Assembly: GCA_026004035.1 (NCBI GenBank)
Contig: BPII01000009.1
Location: forward strand, 31,304-95,303
Length of the DNA stretch: 64,000 bases
Reading direction: 5' to 3'
Origin: Candidatus Sericytochromatia bacterium
GTDB lineage: Bacteria; Cyanobacteriota; Sericytochromatia; UBA7694; JACMQJ01
The notes beneath the pieces are model-generated. The model saw only the letters and a list, made by a program, of their open reading frames with translations. It was not told where the DNA came from and ran no database searches. Made by a program: the position numbers and the translations under genes. This document shows positions 49,618 to 59,485 of this stretch, in pieces (the first letter of the stretch is position 1; each line of letters starts with the position of its first letter).

Positions 49618-50952
49618 ATGAAGAAAGTAAAAATAGAAACATTTGGTTGTCAAATGAACAAGTCTGATTCTGAAAAAATGTATGGTTTATTATCTACAAT
49701 TGGTTATAGAGAACCTGAATTTATAGAAGATGCAGAATTTGATAATTGTAAATACCTGTAGCATAAGAGAAAATGCTGTAAATAGATTAATGGGACATTT
49801 AGGTAATTATAAAACTTTAAAAAAATACAATCCAGATTTAATTATTGCTGTTGGTGGATGTGTTCCACAACATGAAAAAGAGAATATAAGAAAAAAAGCT
49901 CCTTGGGGTAAAATATAGTTTTCGGTTCTCAAAATTTTAATAAAATACATGAAATAGGTTAAAAATTTTGAAGAAAATAGAAAGCCAATAGTTTCAATAG
50001 TAAAAACAAGCTGATGTATATGAAGAAGATATACCTGTTATAAGAGATAATAAATACACAGCTTGGGTAACTGTTATGAATGGTTGTTCTAGATATTGCA
50101 CTTTTTGTATAGTTCCTTATGTAAGAGGAAATGAAGCAAGTCGTAATCCGGAATCTATTATTAGAGAAGTAGAATTAGCTGTTCAAGAAGGTTATAAGGA
50201 AGTTACTTTACTAGGACAAATAATAGATTTGTACGGAAGGGATTTAAGACCTAGAATGACTTTTGACCAACTTTTAAAAAAAGTAAGTTCTATTAAAGGA
50301 TTAGAAAGATTACGATTTTTAACATCTCATCCTAAATATATGAGTAAAGATATAATAGATACAGTAGCAGAAAATCCTAATATTTGTGAATTTTTTCATT
50401 TACCATTGCAATCTGGTAACGATGAAATTTTACATAAAAATGAATAGAAGAAATACAATTAAAGAATATGAAGAATTAATTAATTATATTAGATTAAAAG
50501 TTCCTGATTCAACTATAACAACTGACCTTATTGTTGGTTTTCCTGGTGAAACTGAAGAACAATTTTTAGATACTGTTAATGCTTGTATAAAATTTCAATT
50601 TGATAATGCTATGACAGCTGCTTATTCACCAAGACCCGGAACACCAGCTGCTGAAATGGAAAATCAAATATCTGAAGAAGAAAAATACAAAAGGTTAAAT
50701 TATTTAAATAAAGTTGTTCAAAAAATAGCTAAAGAAAAAAATTCTCAAGAAATTGGAAAAATAAGACAAGTTCTTGTTGAAGGATTTAATAAAGAAAAAG
50801 GAGGTAAGTTTTATGGAAGAACTAGGGGGAATAAATTAGTTCATTTTGATGGTGATGAATCTATGCTTGGTAAAATTGTAGACATCAAAATAAGCGATGC
50901 TACAGTAGCTTCATTAAGAGGTGAAGTTATGAAACTTGCAAAAAGGTATTAG
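49618..50952 (+). pseudogene. miaB: tRNA-i6A37 methylthiotransferase, broken by at least five frameshifts
   Basis: [21 protein letters not shown] start. Then [83 protein letters not shown], a radical-SAM core and a TRAM end, recovered from alternating frames. The first shift is an extra T at 38-40 of 497xx (49738-49740). Confidence 0.8.
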
Positions 50953-50957
50953 TTAAA

Positions 50958-51096
50958 TTTGAGATTGAGTTATATAAAAAATTACCATTTAAACGATCAT
51001 AAATACCCAAATTTAAAGTATATTTTAATATAAATTTTTAAAATGCTTGCTATTAAAGTATCTTGAGCTTATCAAAAAATAAAATTAGCCCAGTGC
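50958..51096 (+). mobile_element. MITE copy 2 (left terminus degenerate), starting 6 nt after the miaB stop
   Basis: GAGATTGAGTTATATAAAAAATTACC ... ATCAAAAAATAAAATTAGCCCAGTGC, colinear with copies 1 and 3. Confidence 0.55.
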
Positions 51097-51209
51097 CGAA
51101 ACCACCGCATATTAAAGAATATTGTAAATAATTTTTCCATAAAAAAATTATAAAATATTTTATTTTGATATAATTTTTATTTTGAAATATTTGTTATATG
51201 AGGTAATTA

Positions 51210-52744
51210 ATGAGTAATATACAACAAAAAATAGAAGAAATAAAAAAAGGTGGTGCTGAAAAATATCATGAACAAGCAAGAAAAAATAATAAATTATTTG
51301 CAAGAGAAAGAATAAAACTTTTACTTGATCCTGGTAGTGATTTTATAGAAGATGGTTTATTTGCTAATTGCGAAAAAGAAGGATTACCTGCTGATGGTGT
51401 AATAACTGTAATGGGTAAAATTTCATGGCCGTAACGTATGTGTTATGGCAAACGATTCAACAGTTAAAGCTGGTTCCTGGGGTGCTAGAACAGTAGAAAA
51501 AAATAATAAGAATACAAGAACAAGCTATGAAATATCAAATACCAATGATATATCTTGTTGATTCTGCAGGTGCAAGAATAACAGATCAAATAGAAATGTT
51601 TCCTGGTAGAAGAGGAGCTGGAAAAATATTTTACAATCAAGTTAAAATGTCAGGTTTAGTTCCTCAAGTATGCGCATTATTTGGTCCATCAGCTGCTGGT
51701 GGTGCATATATTCCTGCTTTTTGTGATATTGTAATAATGGTTGATAAAAACGCAAGTATGTATCTAGGTTCTCCAAGAATGGCTGAAGCTGTCATAGGTG
51801 AAAAAGTAACACTTGAAGAAATGGGAGGTGCTAGAATGCACTGCTCAATAAGTGGATGTGGTGATATTTTAGCAAAAGATGAACATGAAGCTATAAATTT
51901 AGTTAGAGATTATTTAAATTATTTACCTCAAAATTGTAATTCACCTTTACCTGAATATGAACCTGAGGACCCTGAACATATTGATAAGGAAATTTCAGAA
52001 ATAATACCTGAAAATCCAAACAAAGCATATGATATGATGAATATTATAAAAAAAATAATAGATAAAAATAGTTTTTTTGAAATAAAAAGATTATTTGCTC
52101 AAGAGATAATAACTGGTTTTGCAAGATTAAATGGTAATATTATAGGAATAGTAGCTAATCAACCCTAAATATAAGGGTGGTGTTTTTATTTGTTGATTCT
52201 GCTGATAAAGCTACAAGATTTGTTAATTTATGTAATGCTTTTAATATACCTTTACTATTTTTAGCTGATGTTCCTGGATTTATGATAGGTTCAGCTGTTG
52301 AAAAACAAGGTATTATAAGACATGGTGCTAAAATGATATCTGCTATATCATCAGCTGATGTTCCTAAAAATATCAGTTATTATAAGAAAAGCTTATGGTG
52401 CTGGACTTTATGCTATGTGTGGTCCTGGTTTTGAACCTGAAGCTTGTATTGCTCTTGAAAGTGCATCTATTGCTGTTATGGGACCTGAACCAGCTGTAAA
52501 TGCTGTTTATTATAATAAAATAGAGGAAATACAAAGATTTAGATGAAAGAAAAAAATTTAAAGAGGAAAAAATAAAAGAATATGAAAAAGATATAAATAT
52601 ATATAGATTAGCTTCTGAGGCTAATTATAGACAATATTGTTTTCAGATAAAGATTTAAGACAAGAACTGATTAAAAGATTTTATTTTTATTCAACAAAAG
52701 AGCCAATTTATATAAATAAAAAGCATGGTGTAATACCTGTTTAA
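51210..52744 (+). pseudogene. acyl-CoA carboxyltransferase (PccB/MmdA/GcdA/MccB-type carboxyl transferase domain protein), at least seven frameshifts
   Basis: KLFARERIKLLLDPGS, GRNVCVMANDSTVKAGSWG, IPMIYLVDSAGARI, FGPSAAGGAYIPAF, MGGARMH, ADVPGFMIGS, RKAYGAGLYAMCGP and KHGVIPV-stop, recovered across frames. Homopolymer shifts include TTT at 51421-51423 and A7 at 51497-51503. Confidence 0.75.
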
Positions 52745-52798
52745 AATTATTTTTTATAATGAAACTATGATTATTTAGATATATAAAAAATTTTCTAA

Positions 52799-53703
52799 TT
52801 ATAATTTTAAGTTTTCTATTTCTTCTATAGGTAAACCTGTTATTTCAGAAATATCCTCTAAACTTAAAGCCTTTATTTCTTCATGTTCTTTAGCTAACTT
52901 CAAGCTTACCTTTTCGTTCACTCTTCTCTTCAATCTTTCCTTCAATCTCTTCCTTCTATTCTTCCCTTCAATCTCTACCTTCTAATTTGTCCATCTTCAT
53001 ATGATTTATCTATTACATTTTTTAAGTCTCTATAGTATTTTACACTCTCTTCATATGCTATTCTTTGCTCTTGATTAAATTTACTTATCTCTGCTATATT
53101 AAATGCTTTTATAAACATCTCTGTTTTTAATTTATCTGGTATATTTTCTAATCTTGATAAGATTTTTTAAAAAATATATCCATTTATCTATATTTGTATT
53201 TAATTCTTCCTCATTTTTATTAAACTTTGGAATTTCTATATATATGTAAAATAATTTATCATAAAATAATTTATTCTTTTCTAAATCTGATAATCCTACT
53301 TTATATAAATATTGTTCATTTTCTTTTTTATCAAATGTAAAATCTAATATTCCTATACAATATACAGGCTCTAATTCATAACTCCAATCTCCCTTTTTTG
53401 CTTGTTCTTGTATCGGAAATGTTGAGTAAAATATACTTCTATCTTTAAAAAACTTTTGTTCTGCTTTTTGTAATTCTACTATAAATCTCTGTCCTTTCTC
53501 ATCTATACAATATAAATCAAATATTGCTTTTCTATTTAATTCTGTTGACCTAAAGTTCGTTTTCTAAATGTTAAGTCTATTATTTTATGTTCATTTTCTA
53601 ATAAACTATTTAAAAAGTTTATCATTAAATCTTTATTTGCTTCTTCTCCAAATAGTTTTTTAAATCCAAAATCTGTAAATGGATTTATATATTTTTCTTC
53701 CAT
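52799..53703 (-). pseudogene. Rpn/YhgA-like PD-(D/E)XK nuclease (putative transposase family), at least five frameshifts
   Basis: Minus-strand translation gives MEEKYINPFTDFGFKKLFGEEANKDLMINFLNSLL, AIFDLYCIDEKGQRFIVELQKAEQKFFKDRSIFYST, DWSYELEPVYCIGILDF and WIYFLKN, then a degenerate (EGRIE)n-type repeat and a C-terminal EISEITGLPIEEIENLKL. Confidence 0.7.
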
Positions 53704-53770
53704 AATTAAACATTACAATAATCAAATTTATCATAAAAAATTATACAACTTTTTGAAAAAGTATTGATAT

Positions 53771-54620
53771 TTATTTTCTTACATGAGATACATATATGCT
53801 AACAATATTTTTATTACTAGGTATATTATGCTTTAATCCAAGTTGCTTTGAAAATTCCAATGGATTTATAATTTCTATGTATTCAAAACCACAATTGTAG
53901 AAAAAATCTTCACCATCTTTTTTATTTTCTATTTCTAAATAAAATGTTGTATTTAAAAATTTTAGAGCTAGTTTAGTTATTTTATTATTTAAAAAATTCT
54001 TCTCTACATCTTGCTTATGATAGATATCTGTAATATAAACGCCTCTATGTTTCTTTTAAAATCTCTAGTATGTTCGAAAATATAATTTTCAAATGTTCTT
54101 TATCAAAATATGGAGTTAGTCCTTCTGTAATTATAATTGTAGGTTTATTTCTATCAATAATATTTAATATTTTCTCTTTGTTACGTTTTTCTAATAAATT
54201 GAATTCTACAAATTTATGATTACCTTTTTTTATGCCTTTTTTTAAATAAATGTTATTAACAATAGACTTTTTTCTATTTAACATATCAGGCAAGTCTGAT
54301 TCAATATATAAGTATTCTGGATTTTCTGAAAAAGTCATCCCTCTTGGTGATAAACCACAAGCAAACTCTATTATTTGAAAATAAGGAAATTTTGAAAATA
54401 TTAAATAATCTATTAATCTATGTCTTGGTTCTAACATGTTATAAATATAATCATTTTCCTTTTTTAAAAAAATTGGAAATGCTATAAATCTTAGTAAATT
54501 CAAAATGAATTTTACTTTTTTATCAATGAAATATTGTGAGTTTGAAATTCCTAAATAATCCCAAGCATGGCAGGTTATATGAGCTGTTGGACTTATCTTT
54601 AAAGGATCTATTTTTCTCAT
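53771..54620 (-). pseudogene. SAM-dependent methyltransferase, leucine carboxyl methyltransferase-like; single frameshift near 54046-54052
   Basis: ORF 54045-54620 has IIEFACGLSPRG and ITEGLTPYF. After the stop, the protein continues in another frame (HRGVYITDIYHKQDVEKNFL...NIVSIYVSHVRK, stop at 53771-53773). Confidence 0.5.
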
Positions 54621-54640
54621 AAAATAACTATAATATAAGC

Positions 54641-55471
54641 TTAGTATATCTTACTTTTTCCTAGTAATATCAAAATATCACTAGCTGTTTCTTCTATAGC
54701 TTTGTTTGTTACATCAATTTTTAAACAATTAATTTTATTCATTATATCTTCAGAATATTCTAATTCTTCGCAAATACTTTCATAATTAGCATATTCAGAA
54801 TCAATTGGCAATCCTAATGAATTTAATCTAGATTTTCTTATTTCTAGTAAAACTTCAGGTTTTATTGTTAATCCAATTATTTTATTAGAAGGAATATTAA
54901 ATAACTCTTTTGGTGGAGCAACATTTTTTAAAATTGGTATATTACCAGCCTTTAATCCTTTATTTTGTGCTAAATATAAACAAGTAGGTGTTTTTGAGGT
55001 TCTTGATACACCTATTAAAATAATATCAGCTGAAATAATATCTTTTGGATTTTTTCCATCATCAAATTTTATAGCAAATTCTATTGCTTCTATTCTTTTA
55101 AAATAATTATCATCTATTTTTTGATTTAAACCTACTTCTAATCTAGGCTTATTATTAGTTAATTCACTTATTTTATCTATTAACGGATTTATTATATCAA
55201 CTATTGGGATATTATATTTTTGAGATTCTTTTATTATTTTTTCTTTAAATTCTGGTTTTACTAGTGTATAAGCTACTAAACAAGGTTTATAGTGATTTAT
55301 AACAGAAAATATTTGACTTATTTGTTGAGTATTAACAATTCTTGGGAGTCCTTCTTGATCTATATTAGAATATGGTAAAAATTGTCTTATTGCTGATAAA
55401 GCCACTTGTTCAGCCGTATGTCCGCTACCATCAGACATAGTAAAGATTGTAATTTTGTTATTTTTTTTCAT
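54641..55471 (-). CDS. ppsR: PEP synthase / pyruvate phosphate dikinase regulatory protein (DUF299 kinase-pyrophosphorylase)
   Basis: SDGSGHTAE near the N-terminus and the P-loop-like IILIGVSRTSKTPTCLYLA. Confidence 0.85.
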   Translation of the reverse strand: MKKNNKITIFTMSDGSGHTAEQVALSAIRQFLPYSNIDQEGLPRIVNTQQISQIFSVINHYKPCLVAYTLVKPEFKEKIIKESQKYNIPIVDIINPLIDKISELTNNKPRLEVGLNQKIDDNYFKRIEAIEFAIKFDDGKNPKDIISADIILIGVSRTSKTPTCLYLAQNKGLKAGNIPILKNVAPPKELFNIPSNKIIGLTIKPEVLLEIRKSRLNSLGLPIDSEYANYESICEELEYSEDIMNKINCLKIDVTNKAIEETASDILILLGKSKIY

Positions 55472-55567
55472 ATTTTCGATTTAATGATTTAATATTTTAA
55501 CATAAAGATTATTTTAATTTTTGAGTTATGCTAATATTTATGATTATGTATCAAGCAAAATTATACA

Positions 55568-56421
55568 ATGAATATTTATGATTTATCACCGTTAATTAAT
55601 TCTTTTGGCTCTTTATATATAGGAATATTTATTTGTCTAATATTAGGGTTAGTATTAGGTGTAATATCTTCTGTTTTTGGAATAGGAGGAGGATTTTTAA
55701 TAACACCTTTGATTTTCATTCTTTTTTAAATGTAACAGGTCCATTAGCAGTAGCTTCTTCTATTGGACAAATACCTTTTACAGCTTTATCAGGTATTATA
55801 AAATATGCAAAAAAAAATAAAGTAAATTTTAAATATGCTTTTTTGTTATCTCTAGGTTCAATCCCAACATCTCAATTTTTAGCTAATATTTTAGCTAATT
55901 CTGAAAATAACATACTAGGTAAAATAAATGTCTATAAAAATCTTACTTTAGGAGATTTTTTAATAATATTTACATTCATTATAGTAGTTGGTGGAACAGG
56001 AATTTACAATATATTAAAATCAAACAAAAATATTACAAATAATAATTTTAGAATTTTGAAATGTCATAAAATATATACCTTGATTGTAGGTGCTCTATTT
56101 GGTTTTTTTTCTGTCTTACTAGGAATTGGTGGTGGTTTTTTATCAACACCTTATTTTATATATTATTGCAGATTTACATCAATAGAAGCGGTAGCAACAA
56201 CTTTAACAGTATTATTTATAACATCTACAATAACAACAATATACTACTTATTAGAAAAACAAATATATTTTTTAATAAGTCTAATAATAGCTATTGGAGG
56301 AATTATAGGAGCCCAATTAGGAAGTTCTTTAGCTTTAAAGCTATCTCAAGAAAAGATATTGTTATATCTAGGTTATTTGCAAATATTAGCAGTAATTTTT
56401 TACATAATATCAAAAATTTAA
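55568..56421 (+). pseudogene. TauE/SafE (DUF81) family anion exporter, one frameshift in a T run
   Basis: MNIYDLSPLINSFGSLYIGIFICLILGLVLGVISSVFGIGGGFLITPLIFILF stops at 55727-55729. One more T in the T6 run at 55722-55727 would join it to NVTGPLAVASSIGQIPF... (rest of ORF to 56421, second GIGGGFL motif). Confidence 0.7.
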
Positions 56422-56570
56422 AAGTTTTTTTATAAACTAAATTTTAGTGTTTTATAATACTTTTAAAAAACTATTTTCTTATATCAAAGAATAAAATATG
56501 TTAAAATATACAAGGATTTTAAGCTTAAAATATTTCGATAAAATTAAGTTTTTATACAATTAATATTAAA

Positions 56571-57086
56571 ATGTTTGATGAATATAGGTATATATTAGAA
56601 AAAGCTAGAGACAAAAATAATAAGAAAGATATTATAGAAGTTTTAAAATATTTTGTTGAAACTAATCTTGAAGAGTATTTTTCCTTAATTAAAGATATGT
56701 TTTTTCATCCTTTAACTGATAATGATATAAGAAAAGAAGTTGGTAAAGTAATAGCAAGTACAAAAAATAAACAAGTTTATTATTTACTAATAAGTCATTT
56801 AATTCTAAAAAATTTTTCAGACTTGCCTTCATTAGTTTTTACATTAGGTGAATATTCATATCCAGAACTTTTTAACATTCTTTCAAGAGAATATAAAGAA
56901 GCTAATTTTAATACAAAAATTGAAATAATAATAGCTTTATCAAAAATAAAATCAGATAAATCAATAGAATTTTTTAGTAAAATTTTTAATAATGAAATAA
57001 AGTCACCTAATTTAACGGATAAAGAAATTTTAAAATTAAAAGAAGTAGCAGGAGAAGCATTACAAAAAAAAGTAATAGATTTTTAG
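56571..57086 (+). CDS. hypothetical helical-repeat (HEAT-like) protein
   Basis: 171-codon ORF. Periodic helical repeats with D/N-x-x-(I/V)-R-like turns. The assignment is weak. Confidence 0.4.
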   Translation: MFDEYRYILEKARDKNNKKDIIEVLKYFVETNLEEYFSLIKDMFFHPLTDNDIRKEVGKVIASTKNKQVYYLLISHLILKNFSDLPSLVFTLGEYSYPELFNILSREYKEANFNTKIEIIIALSKIKSDKSIEFFSKIFNNEIKSPNLTDKEILKLKEVAGEALQKKVIDF

Positions 57087-57326
57087 CTACTATATAACTA
57101 GTATTAAAAGTAGGCAGTATTTTTCTAATTAGTCTATAAATTCAGTGATAAAGAATGAAAAAATCTTTTTGTCGGAATTAGTATAAGATTAAATTTTTGC
57201 AAATTGATGGATAAAAACAAGAATTTTATATTTAGTTAAATAAAAGTTAAGATTTTTGTAAAACATTGATTAATCTCTAAAAAAAATGTTAAATTATAAT
57301 TAATATCTTTATGAAAAATTTAAAAT

Positions 57327-58778
57327 ATGCTAAAAAAAATTACAGTTGCTTATGGTGATGGCATAGGACCAGAAATAATGTCATCTGTTTTAAAAATACT
57401 AGAAAAAGCAGGTGCTAATATAGATATAGATGTAATTGACATAGGTGAAAGAGCTTATCTAAATGGTTATACTTCAGGTATATCTCCTGAATCATGGGAA
57501 ATTATAAAAAAAAATAAAATTTTATTAAAAGCACCTATAACAACCCCTCAGGGTGGAGGCTATAAAAGTTTAAACGTAACAATAAGAAAAACTCTTAATT
57601 TATATGCTAATGTAAGACCTTGCATATCTTATTATCCAATAATACAAACAAATCATCCCAATATGAATTTGGTTATAATAAGAGAAAATGAAGAAGACTT
57701 ATACGCTGGTATAGAACATCAACAAACTAATGAAGTTATGCAATGCTTAAAATTAATTACAAAACCTGGTAGTGAAAAAATAATAAGATTTGCATTTGAA
57801 TATGCAAAAACTTATAATAGAAAAAAAGTAACTTGCTTTTCTAAAGATAATATAATGAAAATTACAGATGGAATATTTCATAAAATTTTTGATGAGGTCT
57901 CAAAAGAATATCCAGAAATAGAATCAAATCATTATATTATAGATATTGGATCAGCTATTTTAGCTAGTAATCCAGAACGTTTTGATGTAATTGTAACATC
58001 AAACTTATATGGAGATATAATATCTGATATAGGAGCTCAAATCACAGGTTCAGTAGGTATAGGTAGCTCAGCTAATATAGGTAATAATTTTGCTATGTTT
58101 GAAGCTGTTCATGGTTCAGCTCCTGATATAGCAGGTAAAAATATAGCAAATCCTTCTGGATTACTACTTGCTGCAGTTCAAATGCTTGTTTATATAAAAC
58201 AAAATGATATTGCTGAAAAAATACATAATGCTTGGTTAAAAACTTTAGAAGATGGAATTTTAACAGCAGATATTTTTAATCCAAGTATTCATAAAATTAA
58301 AGCTACAACTTCAGAATTTACAGATGCTATAATAACAAATCTTGGTAACAAACCTTCTATTCTTAAAGAAGTTAAATATTTTTCCGATAAAACAAAAGAT
58401 ATTTATATTGATTTGAAATTTTCTGAAAAGAAGAAAAAAGAATTAGTAGGAGTAGATATTTTTCTAGATTGGGATGAAGATAATAGAAATCCTAATACTT
58501 TAGGTAAAAAATTAGAAAATATAAAAACTGAAAATTTAAATTTTCAAAAAATTTCTAATAGAGGTATAAAAGTTTATCCTAATGGTAATCCAGAAACTTT
58601 TTGTACTGACCATTGGAGATGTAGATTTAATACAAATAATTATGAAAAATCAATTTTTTATAATGAGGTGATAGAATTACTAAAAAAAATTAATTCTATA
58701 GGTTTAGATATAATTAAAACAGAAAATTTATATAAATTTGATGGAAAAATAGCTTTTACTGTTTTACAAGGAGATTAA
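57327..58778 (+). CDS. icd: isocitrate dehydrogenase, ~480-aa subfamily with a C-terminal extension
   Basis: Isocitrate/isopropylmalate dehydrogenase motifs SLNVTIRK, IIRENEEDLYAG, NLYGDIISDIGAQITGSVGIGSSANIG, EAVHGSAPDIAGK, plus a ~140-aa C-terminal domain. Confidence 0.85.
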   Translation: MLKKITVAYGDGIGPEIMSSVLKILEKAGANIDIDVIDIGERAYLNGYTSGISPESWEIIKKNKILLKAPITTPQGGGYKSLNVTIRKTLNLYANVRPCISYYPIIQTNHPNMNLVIIRENEEDLYAGIEHQQTNEVMQCLKLITKPGSEKIIRFAFEYAKTYNRKKVTCFSKDNIMKITDGIFHKIFDEVSKEYPEIESNHYIIDIGSAILASNPERFDVIVTSNLYGDIISDIGAQITGSVGIGSSANIGNNFAMFEAVHGSAPDIAGKNIANPSGLLLAAVQMLVYIKQNDIAEKIHNAWLKTLEDGILTADIFNPSIHKIKATTSEFTDAIITNLGNKPSILKEVKYFSDKTKDIYIDLKFSEKKKKELVGVDIFLDWDEDNRNPNTLGKKLENIKTENLNFQKISNRGIKVYPNGNPETFCTDHWRCRFNTNNYEKSIFYNEVIELLKKINSIGLDIIKTENLYKFDGKIAFTVLQGD

Positions 58779-59221
58779 AAAGTTTAATTAACCTCAACAA
58801 TGAAACTATAAATTTAGTGTAAAGTAGTATTCATAATATTTAGAGAATAATATTAAATTGAAAAAATACAAGATATTTTATTATTTTTTAAGTAATCTTA
58901 TAGGTTATAACCTAATTTCTGTAACACTTTTATAAATTATACTAATCATTTTATTAATATTAACCCTTTATCAAGTAAAGAAAATATTTTTAGCTAATTT
59001 TTAATTTCATTATTAAGGTTCTATAATATCATCTTACTACCCTGCAAGACTTCACCTGACTACTTCAAAAAAGTGGAATCTAATTCTCTTAATTTTTTGA
59101 TTTTTTCTAACAAATTCCCATCTTTTAGAGGGGTTGTTCCAAAGGGACGGGGTGTTTAATTTAAGTTATTTAGCTGAAAAAAATTATAAATATAAAAAAA
59201 TAATAATCAAAGTTAAAAAAA

Positions 59222-59359
59222 GCACTGGGATTAAGTTATAGAAAAAATTACCTTAAAAGGTTATAAATACTAAATTTAAAGTATATTTTAATATAAATCT
59301 TTAAAATGCTTACTATTAAAGGAGTTTGAGCTTATCAAAAAATAACATTAGCCCAGTGC
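59222..59359 (+). mobile_element. MITE copy 3 (best preserved, 138 bp)
   Basis: The termini GCACTGGGATTAAGTTAT and ATAACATTAGCCCAGTGC form imperfect inverted repeats (16 of 18 positions). The AT-rich interior has no ORF. Lies 127 nt upstream of the glycosyltransferase ATG. Confidence 0.65.
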
Positions 59360-59485
59360 CATTTTTAACTATTAAGAAATTTAGAAAAATATTAATTTTT
59401 ATTTAATTTTTATTCTGAAATCAGTGTAAAAACCTTTTAATCCTTATTATATTACTTTAGTTAATATTTTAAGGAATAAAAATAT

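Noticed and set aside
52915-52985. Tandem-looking CTTCAATCT / TTCCTTC repeats, considered as a possible regulatory or CRISPR-like repeat.
   Set aside because: They are the reverse complement of the degenerate (E-G-R/K-I-E)n coding repeat in the C-terminus of the Rpn-family pseudogene. There is no spacer structure.
55633-55729. The N-terminal part of the supplied ORF 55633-56421 (MSNIRVSIRCNIFCFWNRRRIF...).
   Set aside because: This stretch is the wrong frame of the TauE gene. The correct N-terminus (MNIYDLSPL...GIGGGFLITPLIF) starts at 55568 in another frame and is joined by a one-base homopolymer correction.
697-56435. Short ORFs nested antisense or out of frame inside longer genes: 697-900, 7870-8298, 8302-8544, 12154-12417, 16462-16713, 20127-20339, 24303-24530, 26666-26869, 28372-28674, 30347-30832, 31479-31661, 32821-33015, 40651-40908, 41316-41630, 41817-42023, 42060-42311, 42349-42570, 44911-45270, 47180-47452, 56166-56435.
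   Set aside because: Each lies wholly within a longer ORF that has clear family motifs or coherent repeat structure. Their translations are low-complexity (F/L/I/S-rich), as expected for the reverse or shifted frames of AT-rich coding DNA.
57148-57168. An identical 21-mer ATAAAGAATGAAAAAATCTTT at 57148-57168 and 61504-61524, each shortly after the stop of a plus-strand gene. Both contain ATG AAA AAA TCT... (MKKS...).
   Set aside because: Similarity does not extend beyond 21 nt. The downstream frames stop after 8-11 codons. In DNA this AT-rich a single 21-mer match is only weakly significant. It may be a relic of a duplicated gene start, but nothing supports a function.
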